From assembly GCA_014905635.1 (NCBI GenBank), contig JABVCE010000005.1:186001-250000 (forward strand): 64,000 nucleotides of DNA. Direction: 5' to 3'. Under the pieces are notes generated by a model, which searched no databases, was not told where the DNA came from, and saw nothing but the letters and a program-made list of their open reading frames with translations. Source of the stretch: Scenedesmus sp. PABB004 (Eukaryota). Positions 47,074-60,700 of this stretch are shown piece after piece. The position numbers and the translations under genes are program-made. How positions within the stretch are numbered: the stretch's first letter is position 1; each line of letters starts with the position of its first letter.

Positions 47074-50000
47074 GGCGCGAGCAGCAGCGTGGGCGGCACT
47101 GCGCGCGAGCCGCGCGCGGTGCGCAGCGCCGCGCCCGAGCCGAGGTGCGCGGCGAGCGCGCGGTCGGCCTGGAGCAGCTGGCGCGCGACCTGGTGCAGGC
47201 GGCTCATGAGCTGCGTCGTCCCGACCTCCTCGTCCGCGCCGCTGCCGGCGAGGGGGCTGTCGCTGAAGCAGAGGACCTTGGTCGGGCCGTCCGCGTAGAC
47301 AGAGACATAGACCTTGCGATCAAACACCGCCACGCCGCCGGCGGGGCGCGGCGCCGCGCCGCGCCCGCTGCCGCCGCCACTCGCGTCGCCGCCGGCGCTG
47401 CGCGGGCGGACGCCGTCGGCGGCGCCGCCACCGGCGCCGGCGCCGGCCGGCTCGCCGCCGAGGCTGCTCCCGGCGGCGCGGGGCGGCGGCACGAAGAGCC
47501 CGCCGCCCGGGTGCACGGCGAGCGACGACAGCATCGGGCGCAGCACCGCCGCCGTGGTCGCCAGCGCGGCGGCCCCCGCCTGCGGAGCGGCGCGCGGCGC
47601 GCCGCTGCCGGCCGAGCGCGAGGGGCCCGAGCCGGCGGGGCCGTCCGCCGCCGCCGCAGCCGCCGCCGCGGGCGCGCCCACGGAGCGGCTGCTGCGCAGC
47701 GCGCGCGTGGTGCCGCGCAGCTCGATGAAGTGCGGCTGCTTGGCGTCGCTCTGCGGGGCCGCGGCGGTGCGCACAGCCTTGGGCACGCGGCGTGGCGTGG
47801 GCGACAAGGGCCGCGTGGCGGCGCTGCTAGCGCTGGCGCCCTCGCGCCCCGGCCGCGCACCTTGAACGCGTCCAGGTCAAACGTGTGCGTGCTGCGCCGC
47901 CCGCCGGCCGCCGCGAGCGCGTCGGCGGCGCCGCGCCCGCCCGGCGCGAGCACGGCGGCCACGACCTCGACCGCGTGCCGCGCGGTGTAGTCGTCCCAGG
48001 CAAACGGAATGGAGCCGCCCGGCGGCAGCGAGTCCCACGCCCAGCCCGCGGGCACGTCGCCGGTGGCCCTGCGCGTGCGGGCGACCGGCGGCAGGGCGGC
48101 GCGTGAGCGCGCGCGCCGTGGCACGCGCCTCGCGGCGGCGCCGCCGCCGCCGCCGCCGCCCGCGCACCGCGGCGTCGCGTCCTTGCGCGCCGCGCCGCCG
48201 GCGCTCGGCAGCGCGCCGCCGGCGCCGCCGCCGCCGCCCGCCTCCTGCGCGCCGGCGCCGCCGCGCTCGCCGAGCTGCTGGCGCAGGCAGACGACGACGC
48301 CCTTGGTCCGGTTCTCGATGCGGTACGGCGGCACGCTGCGCGTCGACTTGAACGTGATGAGCACGCTGCCGCTGCGGCCGACCGTGGAGTTGACCGGAAT
48401 GATCACCGCCGCCTCGCTCGCCCTGCGGCGGCGGCGGCGCGCGCGCGCATGCGCAGGCGGGTGAGGCGCGGCGGCGGTGCCGAGCGCCGCGCAGGCCTTG
48501 CATGGAAAAGCAAAGCGCGGCGGCTGACGCGGCACACCGGTTGCGGAGACGCAGGCCAAAGTAGTCCTCGCGCTCGGGCAGCGGGAACGCGCCCGACCAG
48601 GGCCACCCCGGCGCGGCGGGGCGGATGAGCAGCAGGCGCGCCTCGGACAGGTTGTCCCAGTGGAACGCGACGCTGCGCGGGCGCGGCGCGCGCGCGCGCA
48701 CGCGCGGGCGCGGCGGGTCATGGCGCGGCAGGCCGCCCGCCGGCCGCGTGCAGCGTCGCGCCGCGCGGCCGCCCCCTCGCGCCGACGCGCCGCCGCCGCC
48801 CGCAGCGCGCGCACCGCTCGCCCGGCTGCAGCGGGCCCGCGAAGCGCCGCCCCGCGCCGTACGCGGCGTAGCCCGGGTGCCCCGCGTCGGGCGTGCCGCG
48901 CTGCTTGTACTCGAGCGGCAGCCCCGTGTCGTTGAAGAGCACGAACTTGCTCTTGATGCTCACCACCTTGGCCGCGCGGAACGGGCCGTCCGCAGGCGCG
49001 GGCCACACCTCGGCCGCAAACTCAAACAGGCGCTGCACCGGCACCGCCGCGGGCAGCGCGGGGTCGTGCGCCGCGGGCGGCGCGCCGGGCGCGGCGCCGT
49101 CGCCGCCGCCGCCGCCCGGCGCGCCCGGCGCGAGCGACGCGGCGCGCGTCTGCGCGGGCGTGCCGGGCCGGCCGGCCGCCGCGTCCGCCGCGGCGCGCGC
49201 CGCGGCGGGCGCGAGCACCGCCATGGAGCGCTTGCCCTTGACGCGGATGTCGGTCTTGGAGCCGGTGACAGCAATCTTGAAGAACCCAGAGGGCTCCGAC
49301 CTGCGCCGCGGCAGCCGTGGCGCGCGCGGCGTCAAGACGGGGCGTCGGTGGCGGCGGCGCGAGCGGCGGCGCGAGCGGCCCCGCGCCGCCCCGCGGCGCG
49401 GCGCACCGGTGCGACTGCACCGTCCCAGCGCCGAGGCCCGGGCCGGCGCTCGCAGCCGAGCTGCCGCGCGGGCTCGTCGGCCCGCTGCCCGCGTCACCGG
49501 CGCCGCCGCCGTGCACGGGCGTCGCTCGGCTGAAGCTGACCCCGCGGCGGCTCTTGCCCGCCAGGCGCGCGCTGGGCGGCAGCAGCACGTGCTCCTCGAC
49601 CCAGAAACGAAGCCACGACTGGTCGTTGAGCAGCGCGGGCGCACCTGCGCGATCGGCGGCGCCAGCGACGGGCGGCGGCGGTGGGTGTGCGGCGCGGCGA
49701 GCGCGGAGGCCTGGACGCACGGCGCCGTCATGCGGGCGGCAGCGCTCGCCTCCGCCCCCGCCCGCGCCCCGCACCTCCTGCAGGCGCGAGAGCGCCAGGT
49801 CCATGTCGGCGTCGTTGCCGCCGCCTGCAGTGCGGCCCTGGGGCCGCCCTCGGAGCACGCCGGCGCGCCGTCGCGGGCGCCCGCGGGGCCGTCCAGCGCG
49901 CCGTCGCTGGCCGCCGCGGCCGCCGCCTGGATGGCCGCCGCGAGGTCAGGGTCGCCTGTCTCCAGCGCGGCGGCGTCGCGGGGCAGGCCCGGCGAGTGCA

Positions 50001-53000
50001 CGTCCCGCGTGCCTGCGCGGCGCGGCGGAGCGCCGGTCAGGCGTGCGGCCGCGTGCGGCGGCCGCCGCCGCAGCGGCCCGCGCGGCAGCGCCCACTCACG
50101 GCGCAGCCCCGGCCCCGCGAGGCCCTTGACCCAGCGCCGGTCCAGGTCCGAGAGCACGAGGTTGAGCCCGCTGCGGTTGTCCAGCCAGAAAGCGGCACTC
50201 AACGTCACGTGCAGCGTCGCGCTGCCGCCGCCGGTGGTGCCGGCGGCGGCCTTGGCGCGCGCGCCGCCGCCGGGCGCCGCGGCGCGCTGTGCCTCGCCCA
50301 GGCGGCCGCCGCTCTGCAGCAGCGACAGCTGCAGCATCGCGGGCGCGCAGAAGCCCGGCTGTCCCTCCTGCGCCTCCGCCGCCACCGCGCCCAGGCCCAG
50401 CGCCTGCAGGGACATGGTGAAGAGGTTGGCGCCGTGCGCGCGCAGCGTGCCAGAGCCCGGCCCGCTCGCCGCCGGCGGCTGGCCGCCGAGCGGGACCTCC
50501 GGCACCGAGCCCGGCGGCAGCGCCTGCATCTGGCGCTCGAGCATGCGCTGCAGGTGCGCCGAGAGCTGCTGGTGCACCAGGCGCGCGGGCGCGCCTGCGA
50601 CGGGCGCGCGCGGGCGGGCGGGCGGCGCGGTGGGCGGCGCGGGCGCGCGCGGCACGGAGCGCGCGAAGCAGGCCCGCCTGCTCCGCACCCCTCGACGCGT
50701 GCGCGCAGCGCGGCTCACCAGAGGCGTGGCCGACGGCGCGCGCGAGCTGCCGCACCGACGCGCCGGGGCGGCGCCGGAAGCTGCCGCCACTGAACTGCTG
50801 CTCGATCGCGCCGCTGGCCTCGTCGCCGCTGCCCTCGTCGTCGCCGTCGGTGCTGCTCGCGCTGCGGCGGTGGCCGCCGGGCGCCCAGTGCATCCCCGAC
50901 AGCGACGGCCGCAAGCGCTCGCTGGCTGCGTGCGCGCCGCCGGCGCTGCCGCCCGCGCCGCCGCCAGAGCCGGACGCGGCGCCGTGCGGGGGCACGCCAC
51001 CGGCGGAGCCGCTCCCCGACACCAGCAGGCTGCGCAGCGAGCGCAGGCCCCGCAGCGGCGTGCCCAGGCCGCCCAGGCTGCTCGACCTGCTGCCGCGCGG
51101 GCTGCCGCCGCCGCTGGCGGCGCCGCCGCCTGCGGGCACCGGGCTCGGGGCCTTGGGCTCCGCAATGGGCGTGCCGGGGGCGGCGGGGCTCGCCGCGCCC
51201 CGCGCGTCCGTCAGCGCCGCGTGCTGCTCGCGGCTGAACACGGAGTGCTCCTTGGTGCCGCGCGGTGTGGGCCCCGGCGCCGCCGGGCAGTCGGGCGGCG
51301 CCTGCTCCGGCTCCGGCTCGCCGTCCGACGAGCCGCCGCTGCGCCGCGGCGCCGCCAGCGCCAGGGCAGCGCTCCCCGCGGACGGGGCCCCGCTGCTGGC
51401 GCCGGCCTCACCGCTGTCGGGGCTGGCAGCATACGCCGGGTTGAACTGCCACGCCGCCGGCTGCAGGCGGCTGGGCCGCGCGCCGGAGCCCCCCGTCCAG
51501 CTGCCGTTGGCGCCGCCAGACAGGCTGCTGCTGCTCGCGCCGCCGCTGCGCTGCGGCGCAGGCGCGTCGGGCGTCGCCGCCGGCGCCGGCGCCGTCGCCG
51601 CCTCGCTGCTGGCGTCGGGCTGGCCCGGGGCGTCCAGGCGCATGACGTTATCCACGAGGGCCTTGGTGCTGAAGCCCAGCAGCGCCTGCATCTCAGAGTC
51701 TGCGGCGCCGGCGGTGTCGGGGCACGCGTGCGGCGTGAGCGGCGCGGCGACGGCGCGCGCGGTTGCGCGCCGGGCGCACGCAGCGCGGGCGCCGCCGCGC
51801 CGCGCAGCGCCGCACCCGCGAGGACGTGCTTGGTGTCCAGCAGCATCTGCACGAACAGGCGGTCAATGTCGGGCGGCGGCCGCACCAGCAGGCTGCACAC
51901 GGCGGCCATGGTGGCGGGCACGTCGACTGCGACGCCGCCGTCGCCGCTCGCGCGCGCGCCGCCGGCGCTGCCGCCCTCGCCCGCGAGCTGGGCGGCGCTG
52001 CGGCTGGGCGCGAGGCCGCGCGCCGCGCTGCCGCCCTGCGCGCCCTGCTGCGCCTGCGCCTGCAGCGACTCGCCGAGCAGGCTCAGCGCGACGTCCGCCA
52101 CGAGCAGCTCGTCCAGCAGCGCCGCGGGCGCAAACGCCGGCGCCCGGCCCCGCACCGGCGGGGGCGCAGGCATGACGTCCGCCTCGTGCAGCGCCAGCCG
52201 CACCACGTCGCCCAGCAGCTCCACCACCACCGCAAACCACGGCAGCAGCCCCGCGGCCGGCGCGCTCGGGGGCGGCGGCGCGCCGCCGCCGCCGCCGGCG
52301 CCGGCGCCCCCGTGCCAGCTGTGCAGGTGCGCGAACGCGTCGACGTAGCTGAAGCTCGGCGCGCCGCCCGCGGACGCGCCGGCGCCGTTGCTCGACAGGG
52401 GCAGGCCGTGCGGCGCGCTGGACCAGGGCTGCAGCAGCGCCGCGCCGCGCCCGCCGTCGTCGGGCGCGGCGCCGAGCTCGACCGCCAGGTCGGGCACGCT
52501 CAGGCGCAGCGCCGGCGTGCCGCCGTCGCCGCGCGCGCGCCGCGCCAGCCAGGGCGCCGGCTGCAGCGCGACGTACGCCGGCTGCGGCACGTGCGTGATT
52601 TTCTGCGGCCGGCGGCGCGCCGAGGCCGCGGGGTCGGCGCCGCGCGGCGCCCCGCGCTGTGCCGCCCGCCGCCGCGACACCCGCACGCCGTGCGCCGCCG
52701 CCGCCCCGTCCCACGCCGCACCTGGTAGCTCGCGAGCTCTGCCAGCTGGCGCGCTGCCGCGGTCATGCGGGCCCGCACCTCCTCGCGCACGCCCTCCGCC
52801 GCGTACAGCGGCTCCAGGCCCGCGAGCCCCAGCCGCGGCAGGCCGGCGAGCGCGGCCACGGACGCGCCCGCCGCGAGCGAGCGCGCCGCGGCGGCCGCCG
52901 CGGCGTGGCCGGGGTCGAGCGCACGCGTATAGAAGAGGCGCAGCGTGTCGCACCCGCCTGCGCGCGGCGCGGCGCGGTGCGGCGTCGGCGGCGGGACTCG

Positions 53001-54757
53001 CGCGCGCGCCCCCGCTGCGACGCGCGCGCTCCCGTCCCGCGCGCGCGCCGCGCCGGCGGCGTGCTGCGCCCCCCGCACCTGCGCCGCCCGCGCCGCCGCC
53101 GATGAGGGTCGGCCGGCTCTGCATCGCCAGCATGGGCACGCGCACCGCGGCAAAGACCTCGAGCCGAGGGTCCAGGTACAGGTCGGTGGTGCCGCCGGGC
53201 GCGAGCTGCAGGCGCACGACGTGTTGCTGCAGCCAGTGCAGCAGGCCCAGCAGCTCCGCGAGCGGCAGGTCGCCGCCGGCCCACGGAAGCGGCACGGGCC
53301 CGACCACCGGCGGCGCGCCGGGCGTCGGCGGCGCGCTGGCCGCGCCGCTCGGCGCGTCGCTGCCGCCGCCGGGGCTCGGCGAGGCGGCCGCGCTGCCGCT
53401 CGCGCGCGCCGCCTCGCTGGCCTCCTCAGCCTTCAACACGAGCTGAGGGAGAGGAGGGGGGAGGAGGGAAGGCAGCAGCGCCAGCCGCGTTGGCGGCAGG
53501 GGAAGGGCGGACGGGCGGACTGCGGCGGCAGGCGCTGGTGCGCGCGTGCGCGGCCGCCGCAGCCCCGCGCGCACCGCAAAGGCGTGGGGGAAGGACTTGG
53601 CGATCCACCAAAACTCCTGCGCCAGCACGCCGAGCGCGAGCGCGACGAGGGAGGGGAGGTCGAGCAGCCAGAGGCCCGGCACGTCCACCTTGGCCGCCAT
53701 GGCGGGCGACAGCACCTGCGCGGCGGCGCGCGGCGGGCGCGGTTGTTGCGCGCGGGTGACACTCAGGGGCGGCTCCCTGCGACCTGCTCTGGCCCTGTCG
53801 CCGCCGACGCGGCCGCCATCAAGCCGCCACCGGCGCACCAGGTGCAGCGTCGTGACAAACTCTTCGAGCAGCAGGTCGCGCGCCCAGCGCTGCAGCAGCA
53901 GCACCTCGCAGCGCTCCGCGAGCGCGCGCGCCCGGTCCTCCTGCTCGCTCTGCAGCGCGCTGCCAAGGCCGGCGGGGCCGCCGCCGGCAACGCTCGCGTG
54001 GCGCCAGGAGGAGTAAAAGCCGCCGCCGCCGGCCGCCACGCCGCTCGGGCCGCCGAGGTCGCCGGACGCCGAGGCGCGGCCGCCGGGCGCGCCGCCGGGT
54101 GCGCCGCTGCCGCGGCGGGGGCGCCAGAGAACCAGCTCGCGCGCCGCCCCCGCGCCGCCTGGCCCGGGCCGGGGCTGCCGACGGGCGTCAGCGGGCCGCC
54201 GTGCCCCGCGCCGCCCGGCGGCGGCAGCGGCCCCGCCGCGACGACGACGCGCGCGAGCGCGAGCGCCGCCTCGTGCTTGCTCGCGGCGCCCCACACCTGC
54301 GCCACGCCGCCCGCGAGGCCGGCGCCGGGGGGCGCGCCGCCGCTGGCGGCCGCAGCCGCGGCCGCCGCGGCCACGCCCTGCCCCGTCAGCGAGCCGCGCG
54401 CGCTGCCGGGCGGCGCGGCGCGGTCCGCGCCGCCGTCCGAGTCGCCGCGCGCGCGCGCCGCGCCGGCGCCGGCGCTGCCGCCGCCCGGCGCGTGCGCCGC
54501 GGCGCCGCGCGGCGCTGCGGCGTCGCGCGCGGGCGGCGCGAGCGCCCAGCCGACCACGTCGTAGGGCAGGCCGTTGGAGAGCTGCAGCGTGGGGCTGACG
54601 ATGATGCTCGCCTCGGGCGGCAGCCGCGCGCGGCGCAGACTGCCCGGGCGCGGCACCTCCACCAGGTTTTGGGTCGTGAAGTACGGGTCGCTCGCGAGGC
54701 CGAGCGTCACGCTCGCGGACAGGTGTAGCGGGCCGAGCTGGATGCCCTGCAGCGACG

Positions 54758-54788
<31 letters not shown>

Positions 54789-57700
54789 CGGCCGGGCGTC
54801 GGCGGCGGCGGCCGCGCAGGAGCGCTCAGGCGAGGTGCGTGGGCCGCGCCCGCCCTGGCCTCCCACGGGGACTCGCCTCGGGCTTGGGCTCGCACGCGAT
54901 GTAGCCCTGCTGCTGCTTCAGCGCCACCAGGCTGGGCTTGAGCTGCAGGACGTCGTGCTCCGGCGGGAGGTGGCCCTCCGGCGCAAGGAAGAGGCGCCCC
55001 CCGAGCGCCGCCGCGGCGGGCAGGAAGCGACCCTCCTTGGGCCGCAGAGCCTGCGCGCGCAGGGCGGCGCGTGGGCGGCGCAGGGGTGGGGACGGCGGCG
55101 GGGGCGGGCCGGTCACGCGGCGGCGGCGCGCGCGCAGGCAGGCGGCAGCCGAGGCCCCGCGCGCGCCGCACCCGCAGGTGCAGGCGCTGCAGGCCGTCCA
55201 TGCGGTCGCCGGGGCCGAGCACCACGGGCGTGCCGCAGCCCTCGCCGAGCTGCAGCCAGGGCTCGAGGCGCATGCTGGTGTTGTTCTGCAGCCAGAGGCA
55301 GCTGTGCAGGCGCAGCATCTTGGTGCGCCCCACGAGCAGCACGTCCAGCAGCAGCGGCAGGCTCGGCCCGCCCAGCGGGCTGCGCGCCTCGTGGCGGTAC
55401 TTGCCCACAACGTCCACTGCGCGACGGCGCGGTGGCGCGCGGCGCCGCCCCCGTCAGCAGGGCCCCCAGTCAGCAGCAGGGGGCCTGGCGACGCGGCGCG
55501 CCGCCCGCGCACCTGCCACGTCCTCCAGCGGCAGCCAGTTGCCCGCCAGCTGCAGGCAGATCGCGTTGGCCACGCCCGACGACACGAGCGAGCCGTCCGC
55601 CGCGAGGTGCCGCACCTGGCGCAGCGCGGGGCTCACCTGCGCGCGGCGCGCGCGCCGCGCGGGCGGCGGCGGTCGTTGGTCGCGAGGCATGGCGCGGCCG
55701 CCGCGTTGCACGCGCGCGCCGCGCGCGGCGCGTGACGGCCGCGGCCCACCTTGAGCTCCTGCACGCTGTGCGCGGGCAGCAGCACGCGGCGCCGCGGCGC
55801 GCGGCCGCCGGCGCCCGGCGCGGCGCCGGGGTCATCCTCGGGCGCCCAGTACCACATGTGGCTGCCGGTGAGGTTCTGGATGAGGTAGCGCTGCGGGATG
55901 CGGCTCGTCACGCCGCCGCCGAGCGCCATCTGCTGCTCGATGCTCGGCGGCGCCTCGGTGCGCGGCGGCGGGCGCGGCGCGCCCGGTGGCGGCGCCGCGC
56001 CGCGCCGCGGCGCGTCCTCCAGCGGCAGCAGGAACGTCGTGCCGCCGCCGCCCGCCCGGCCGCGCCGGTTCCGCGTGCTGCTGGCCGGCGCACGCGGGCG
56101 CGCCGCGGCGGCGGCGCTGCCGCCGGCGGTGAGGCCGAGCTCGCGCGCAAACGCGAGCAGGTCGCCGATGCTGAGCAGGCTGGAGGGGTTGAGGTTGAGC
56201 CGCAGCGGCTCGCTGGACAGCAGCTGCGCGTAGAGGGTGCGGTCGGCCTTGGCCAGGGGGTTGATCGGGTCGCTCAGCTGCACCAGCAGCGGCCACGGCT
56301 CCAGCAGGACCTCCCACTTGGAGTTGGAGTTGTTGAGGATGTTGACGCCCAGCCCGCCGGCGACGTGCAGCCGCGCCGCGCGCTCCGGCGCGGTGCGCGG
56401 GAAGCGCGCCTCGTGCGCGTACACGAGGGTCAGCCCCCACACGATGCCCTGCAGCACGTCGGGCGCGCCAAAGGAGTGCGGCTTGTCGTCGCACAGCATC
56501 GCCACGACGCCCGCGAGCCGCGCGTCGACGCGGAGCGACGACCGCTGGAACTCGGCGCCCAGCCCTCGGGCGGCGGCGGCCAGGCGCCGCCGGACGCGCG
56601 CAGCGCGAGGACGTGGGCCTGGAGGTCGGGCCGCGGCGGCCACATGCCCAGCCCGCGCGCCATGGACTGCGGCGCCGCCGCGGCGGCGAGCGGGAGCAGC
56701 GTGGGCGGCTGTGCGCACGCGCGAGCGCGCGGGAGCCCAGCGCGCGCGGCATCGGCCCGGCGCGCACCTGGCTCGCGAGCTGAAGGTCGGCCGCCAGCGT
56801 GGTCCACGCGTGGATGTGGCTGAAGGCGGCGCGCAGCGTCACGGGCGAGACCACAAGCAGCAGCTCCGACCTGCGGCGGCGGCGGCGGCGTGCGGTGAGC
56901 GCGCCGCGCGCGCGGCAGCCGTGCGCGCCGGCCCGCCGCGCTGCACCCAGGGACGGCCCCGTGCGTCACGCGCGGCTCCCCCACCTGGCCTTGCGCTTGT
57001 AGACGCCAAACATGCCGCTGCTGGACTGGCCAAACATGCCCGCCGCGCCGCCGCCCGCGGGCGCGGCCTGGCCATGCGGCGCGGTGCGCGCCCAGGTGTT
57101 GTGCCAGTCCGAGGTGACGCGCTCGCCAAACATCTCCTCCGCGTGCTCGCACGCCAGCGCGAGCAGGCGCTGCTCCGGGCTCGCCGCCGCGGCCGCCGCG
57201 CGCGCCGCCGCCGAGGCGGTGTAGCTGCCGCTCGTGGTGTCTGTGTGACGACCGCAGCGCGGCGCGTCAGCCATGCAAGGCGCTCCGCGACGGGCTGCTC
57301 GGGGAGCGCCCGCGCGCCCGCGCCGGCGCTCACCCTGGCCGCCGGGCGCCTTCCCGCGCTGCGCGCCGTCCGCCGCGCCCTCCAAAGCCGCGTCCTGCTC
57401 GCCGCCCGCCGCGGCGCCGCTGCCCAGGGCGGCCGCGCTGCGCCGCAGGCGCCGGCGCTGGCGCACGCGGTGGTGGAACAGCAGCTTTCGTGCCAGCCTG
57501 CGGCGCGGCGGCGGCCGCGGCGGCGGCGGCAACGACCGTCGACTGGCTGGCGCGGCCCGGCTACGGTGCTGCGCACGGGCCCGCCGCGTGGCCCCGGTCT
57601 CGCCGCGCGCACATGAGCTGCGGCAGCAGCGCGCGGTGCTCCTCGACCAGCGGCCAGTCCTGGCGCAGCTCGAGCTTGGCCGACGGCAGCGGCAGCAGCC

Positions 57701-60700
57701 AGTTGGTGATGAGCGCGGCGCGGTCGCGCACAAAGCCCGCTGCGTTGCGCAGGTCGAACCGCGTGACCGCCTCGCCGTCGCCGCCGTACGAATAGCCAAA
57801 GCGGAAGGCGCCTGCGCGGCGACGGCGGCGGCGAGGCGTGGGCGTCAGCGTCGGCGCCGGCGCGGCGCGCGCTGGGCGCTGCGCGGGGCGCTGCGCGCCC
57901 AGACGCACCAAACGTGAGCGCGAGGCCCAGCTGCTCCAGCGGCTGGCCGCGGCCGCGGTCGACGTCCTCTGCCGTGAGGCCGCACCCCTGGCGCAGCACG
58001 ACCTGGCGCAGCAGCTCAAAGGGGCTTCCCGCGCCGGGCTGCTGCTCCGCGCCGCCGGCGCCGCCGTCCATGTGGGGCGTCAGCAGCGGCACAAAGAGCT
58101 GCGCGGGCGGTCCCCGCGGCGGCGGCGGCGGCGGCAGCGTGGTCAGCCGGCATGGTCAGCCTGGCCGCAGCCAAGCACACGCACACAGTCGCTCACACAC
58201 ACACACACAGACACAGACAAACGCACAGACAAAGCGACAGACACAACACGCGGCGCGCCTGTGAGTCTGTGACGAGCAGGTTGAAGTAGAGCCAGCCGGT
58301 GCGGGTGAGCTGCAGCCACGCCGGCGGCGGGCGCGGCGCGGCGCCCCAGTCGGGGTGGAAGACGTTGATGAGCGCCGACAGCAGCCCCATGTCGCTCAGG
58401 TAGGGCCACTGCAGCAGCGCGTGCGCGAGGCGCACCTGCGCGGCGCGGCGCGCGGCGCCAGGGGCGGCGCGCGGCCCGGGTCGCGGAGCGCTCCCGGGAG
58501 GCGGCGGGGGCCGGCCGCGCCGCGCCGCGACCGCCCGCCCGGCCCTGCAGCAGCCCGGCGCACCTCGACGGTGAGCGTGCCCTCCTTGAGGCTGCCCACG
58601 TGCAGCCGGATGCCGGCGGCGGAGAGCGGGCACGCGGTGGCGCCGAGCGCGGCGGCGACGCCGCCGCCGGGCGCGCCGCGCGCCGCCGGCGGCCGCTTCC
58701 CGCGGCCGGCCAGGTGCGCCGACTCCTCCGCGGGCAGCTCGTCGAGGGAGCGAATGATGCAGACGTCCGGCCCGCGGTCCGCGCCGTCGGCGGAGGGCTG
58801 CAGCAGCGCGGGGAAGAGCTCGAACGACCCCAGCGCCTGCTCCCCGACGCCGCCCTCGGACGAGTCGGGCGCGGCGGCGCCGGACTCGCCGTCGTCCGAG
58901 GCGGGGCGCGGCGCGAGGCGGTCGACGCGGGAGTAGAGGTGGGCGGGGCTGGTGGTCGCCGGTGCACGCCTGCGCAGCGGGGCGGCGCGGCGCGGCGCGT
59001 GAGCGGCGCTCGCGCGGGGCGGCGCGCGTCCAGGGGCAGCCGCGCAGCGGGCGCCGCACCCGCGGCGCCGCGCGCCGCCGTCGGGCGGGCGAGTGCGGCT
59101 CCTGCTCCGGCCGCGACGGCGAGCCCTCCGCCCCGTCGCCGCGAGGCGCGAAGGGGCTGTCGCCGATGCTGCTGTAGCGGCTGCTGGCGCGCTCCTCCTC
59201 CTCCAGCAGCGGCGCGGCAATGTGGATGGGCGCCAGGCTGTGCCCAAGCGCCGGCACCTCGCCGCCGCCGTCCCCCGCGAGCGCGCCCGCCCCGCCGGCG
59301 CGTGCCGGCGGGGCGCCGGGCATCTCGTATTCTGTGCGCCGCCCGGCAGTGTCCTGCGCCCGATGCGCCGCGCCGCCGACGCCGCCGCCGCCCGGCGCGC
59401 TGGCGCCGCGGGCGCCGTGCGCGACGCGCACGTCCAGCCACTCCGTGTCTGCCGCCCAGAGGCTGACGTGCATGTCCCAGCTGTCGCGCATCATTGCCAC
59501 GCACAGCCCCGCCTGCTGCAGCGCCGCCGACACCGCGGGCACCAGCGGCTGGTGCGGGCCCGCCGGCGCCACGGTCCACCACCGGTGGTCCGCCAGCAGC
59601 GTGGCCTGCGGGCAGCGGCGGCGGCGGCACGGCGCGGCGCGTCAGCCCCCCGCGCCGCCGCGGGGCACCCGGCAGCCGCGCGCCAGGCAGCCGCGCACCT
59701 GGACGCTGGAGCTCGCCAGCGTGACGGCCAAGCCGGGGAGCTGCCCCGGGCGCGGCCCAAACTTGACGCGCGGGTTGAACGCGGTCGCCGCCGCCGGCGC
59801 CCGCGCCGTGGCGCCGCCCGGCTCGAAGCTGCTCGTCGCGTGCATGAGGTTTTCGGCGAGGGCGTCCATCAGGCAGCGATAGCTTGACGCGCAGAGCTGC
59901 AGCGCCATGCCGTCGGGCGCGGCCAGCGCGAGCACCGCGGCGGCGGGGTGCGCCGCCGCGCCGCCGGCGTCAGGGTGCGCCTCCGGCGCGGCGCTGTGCA
60001 CCGCCGCGCGCAGCCCCGTGCGACCGAGCAGGTGGCTGAGCTCCACCAGGCGGCAGCGGCCGCCAACCGGCGGCGGCGCGCCCCAGCGGCCCAGCGCGGC
60101 TGCAGCGGCCGCCTCCTGCGGTGCGTCGCGGCGCGCGTGGCACGGCGGCGTCAGTCCCGCATGTCCAGGCAGCTGCTGCGTGCTGCTGCAATCTCGCCGG
60201 CCCGCACGCACCGTGTCGCTCGGCTCCACCACGCGCAGCATGCGGCCTGCAAGCAGCTCAAAGCCCTGCAGCTCCACCAGGCACGCCGCCGCGCCGATCA
60301 GATCGCTGCACGCGTCGTCGTCGCCAGCCTGCGCGCCGGCGCTGGGTGCCGCCGGCGCCACGCCACCGCCGCCGCCGCCTCCGGGCACCGTGCTGCTGGC
60401 TGCCGCGACCGCCGCCACGGCGTCCGTTGCCGCCGCCGCGCCGGCGTCGTCGCCGACCAAGCCGTCGGGGCGAACGACCAGCTTGCGACTGCGCGGCGCC
60501 ACCCTGGCTAGCGCGCGCTTGAGCAGCTGCCGCGCCGCGCCGGCCAGCGAGAAGCTTGGCCCAGCGGGCACGCCGGCCTCCCAGTCCTCGGCCAGCTCGG
60601 GCAGCATCAGCACGCCATGCCGCAGCACGGCCGCCGGCCGCGGCTGCCGGCGGTTCACGTGCGGCAGCGCGGGCGGCTCGCTGCCGCCCCCGGGCGAGTC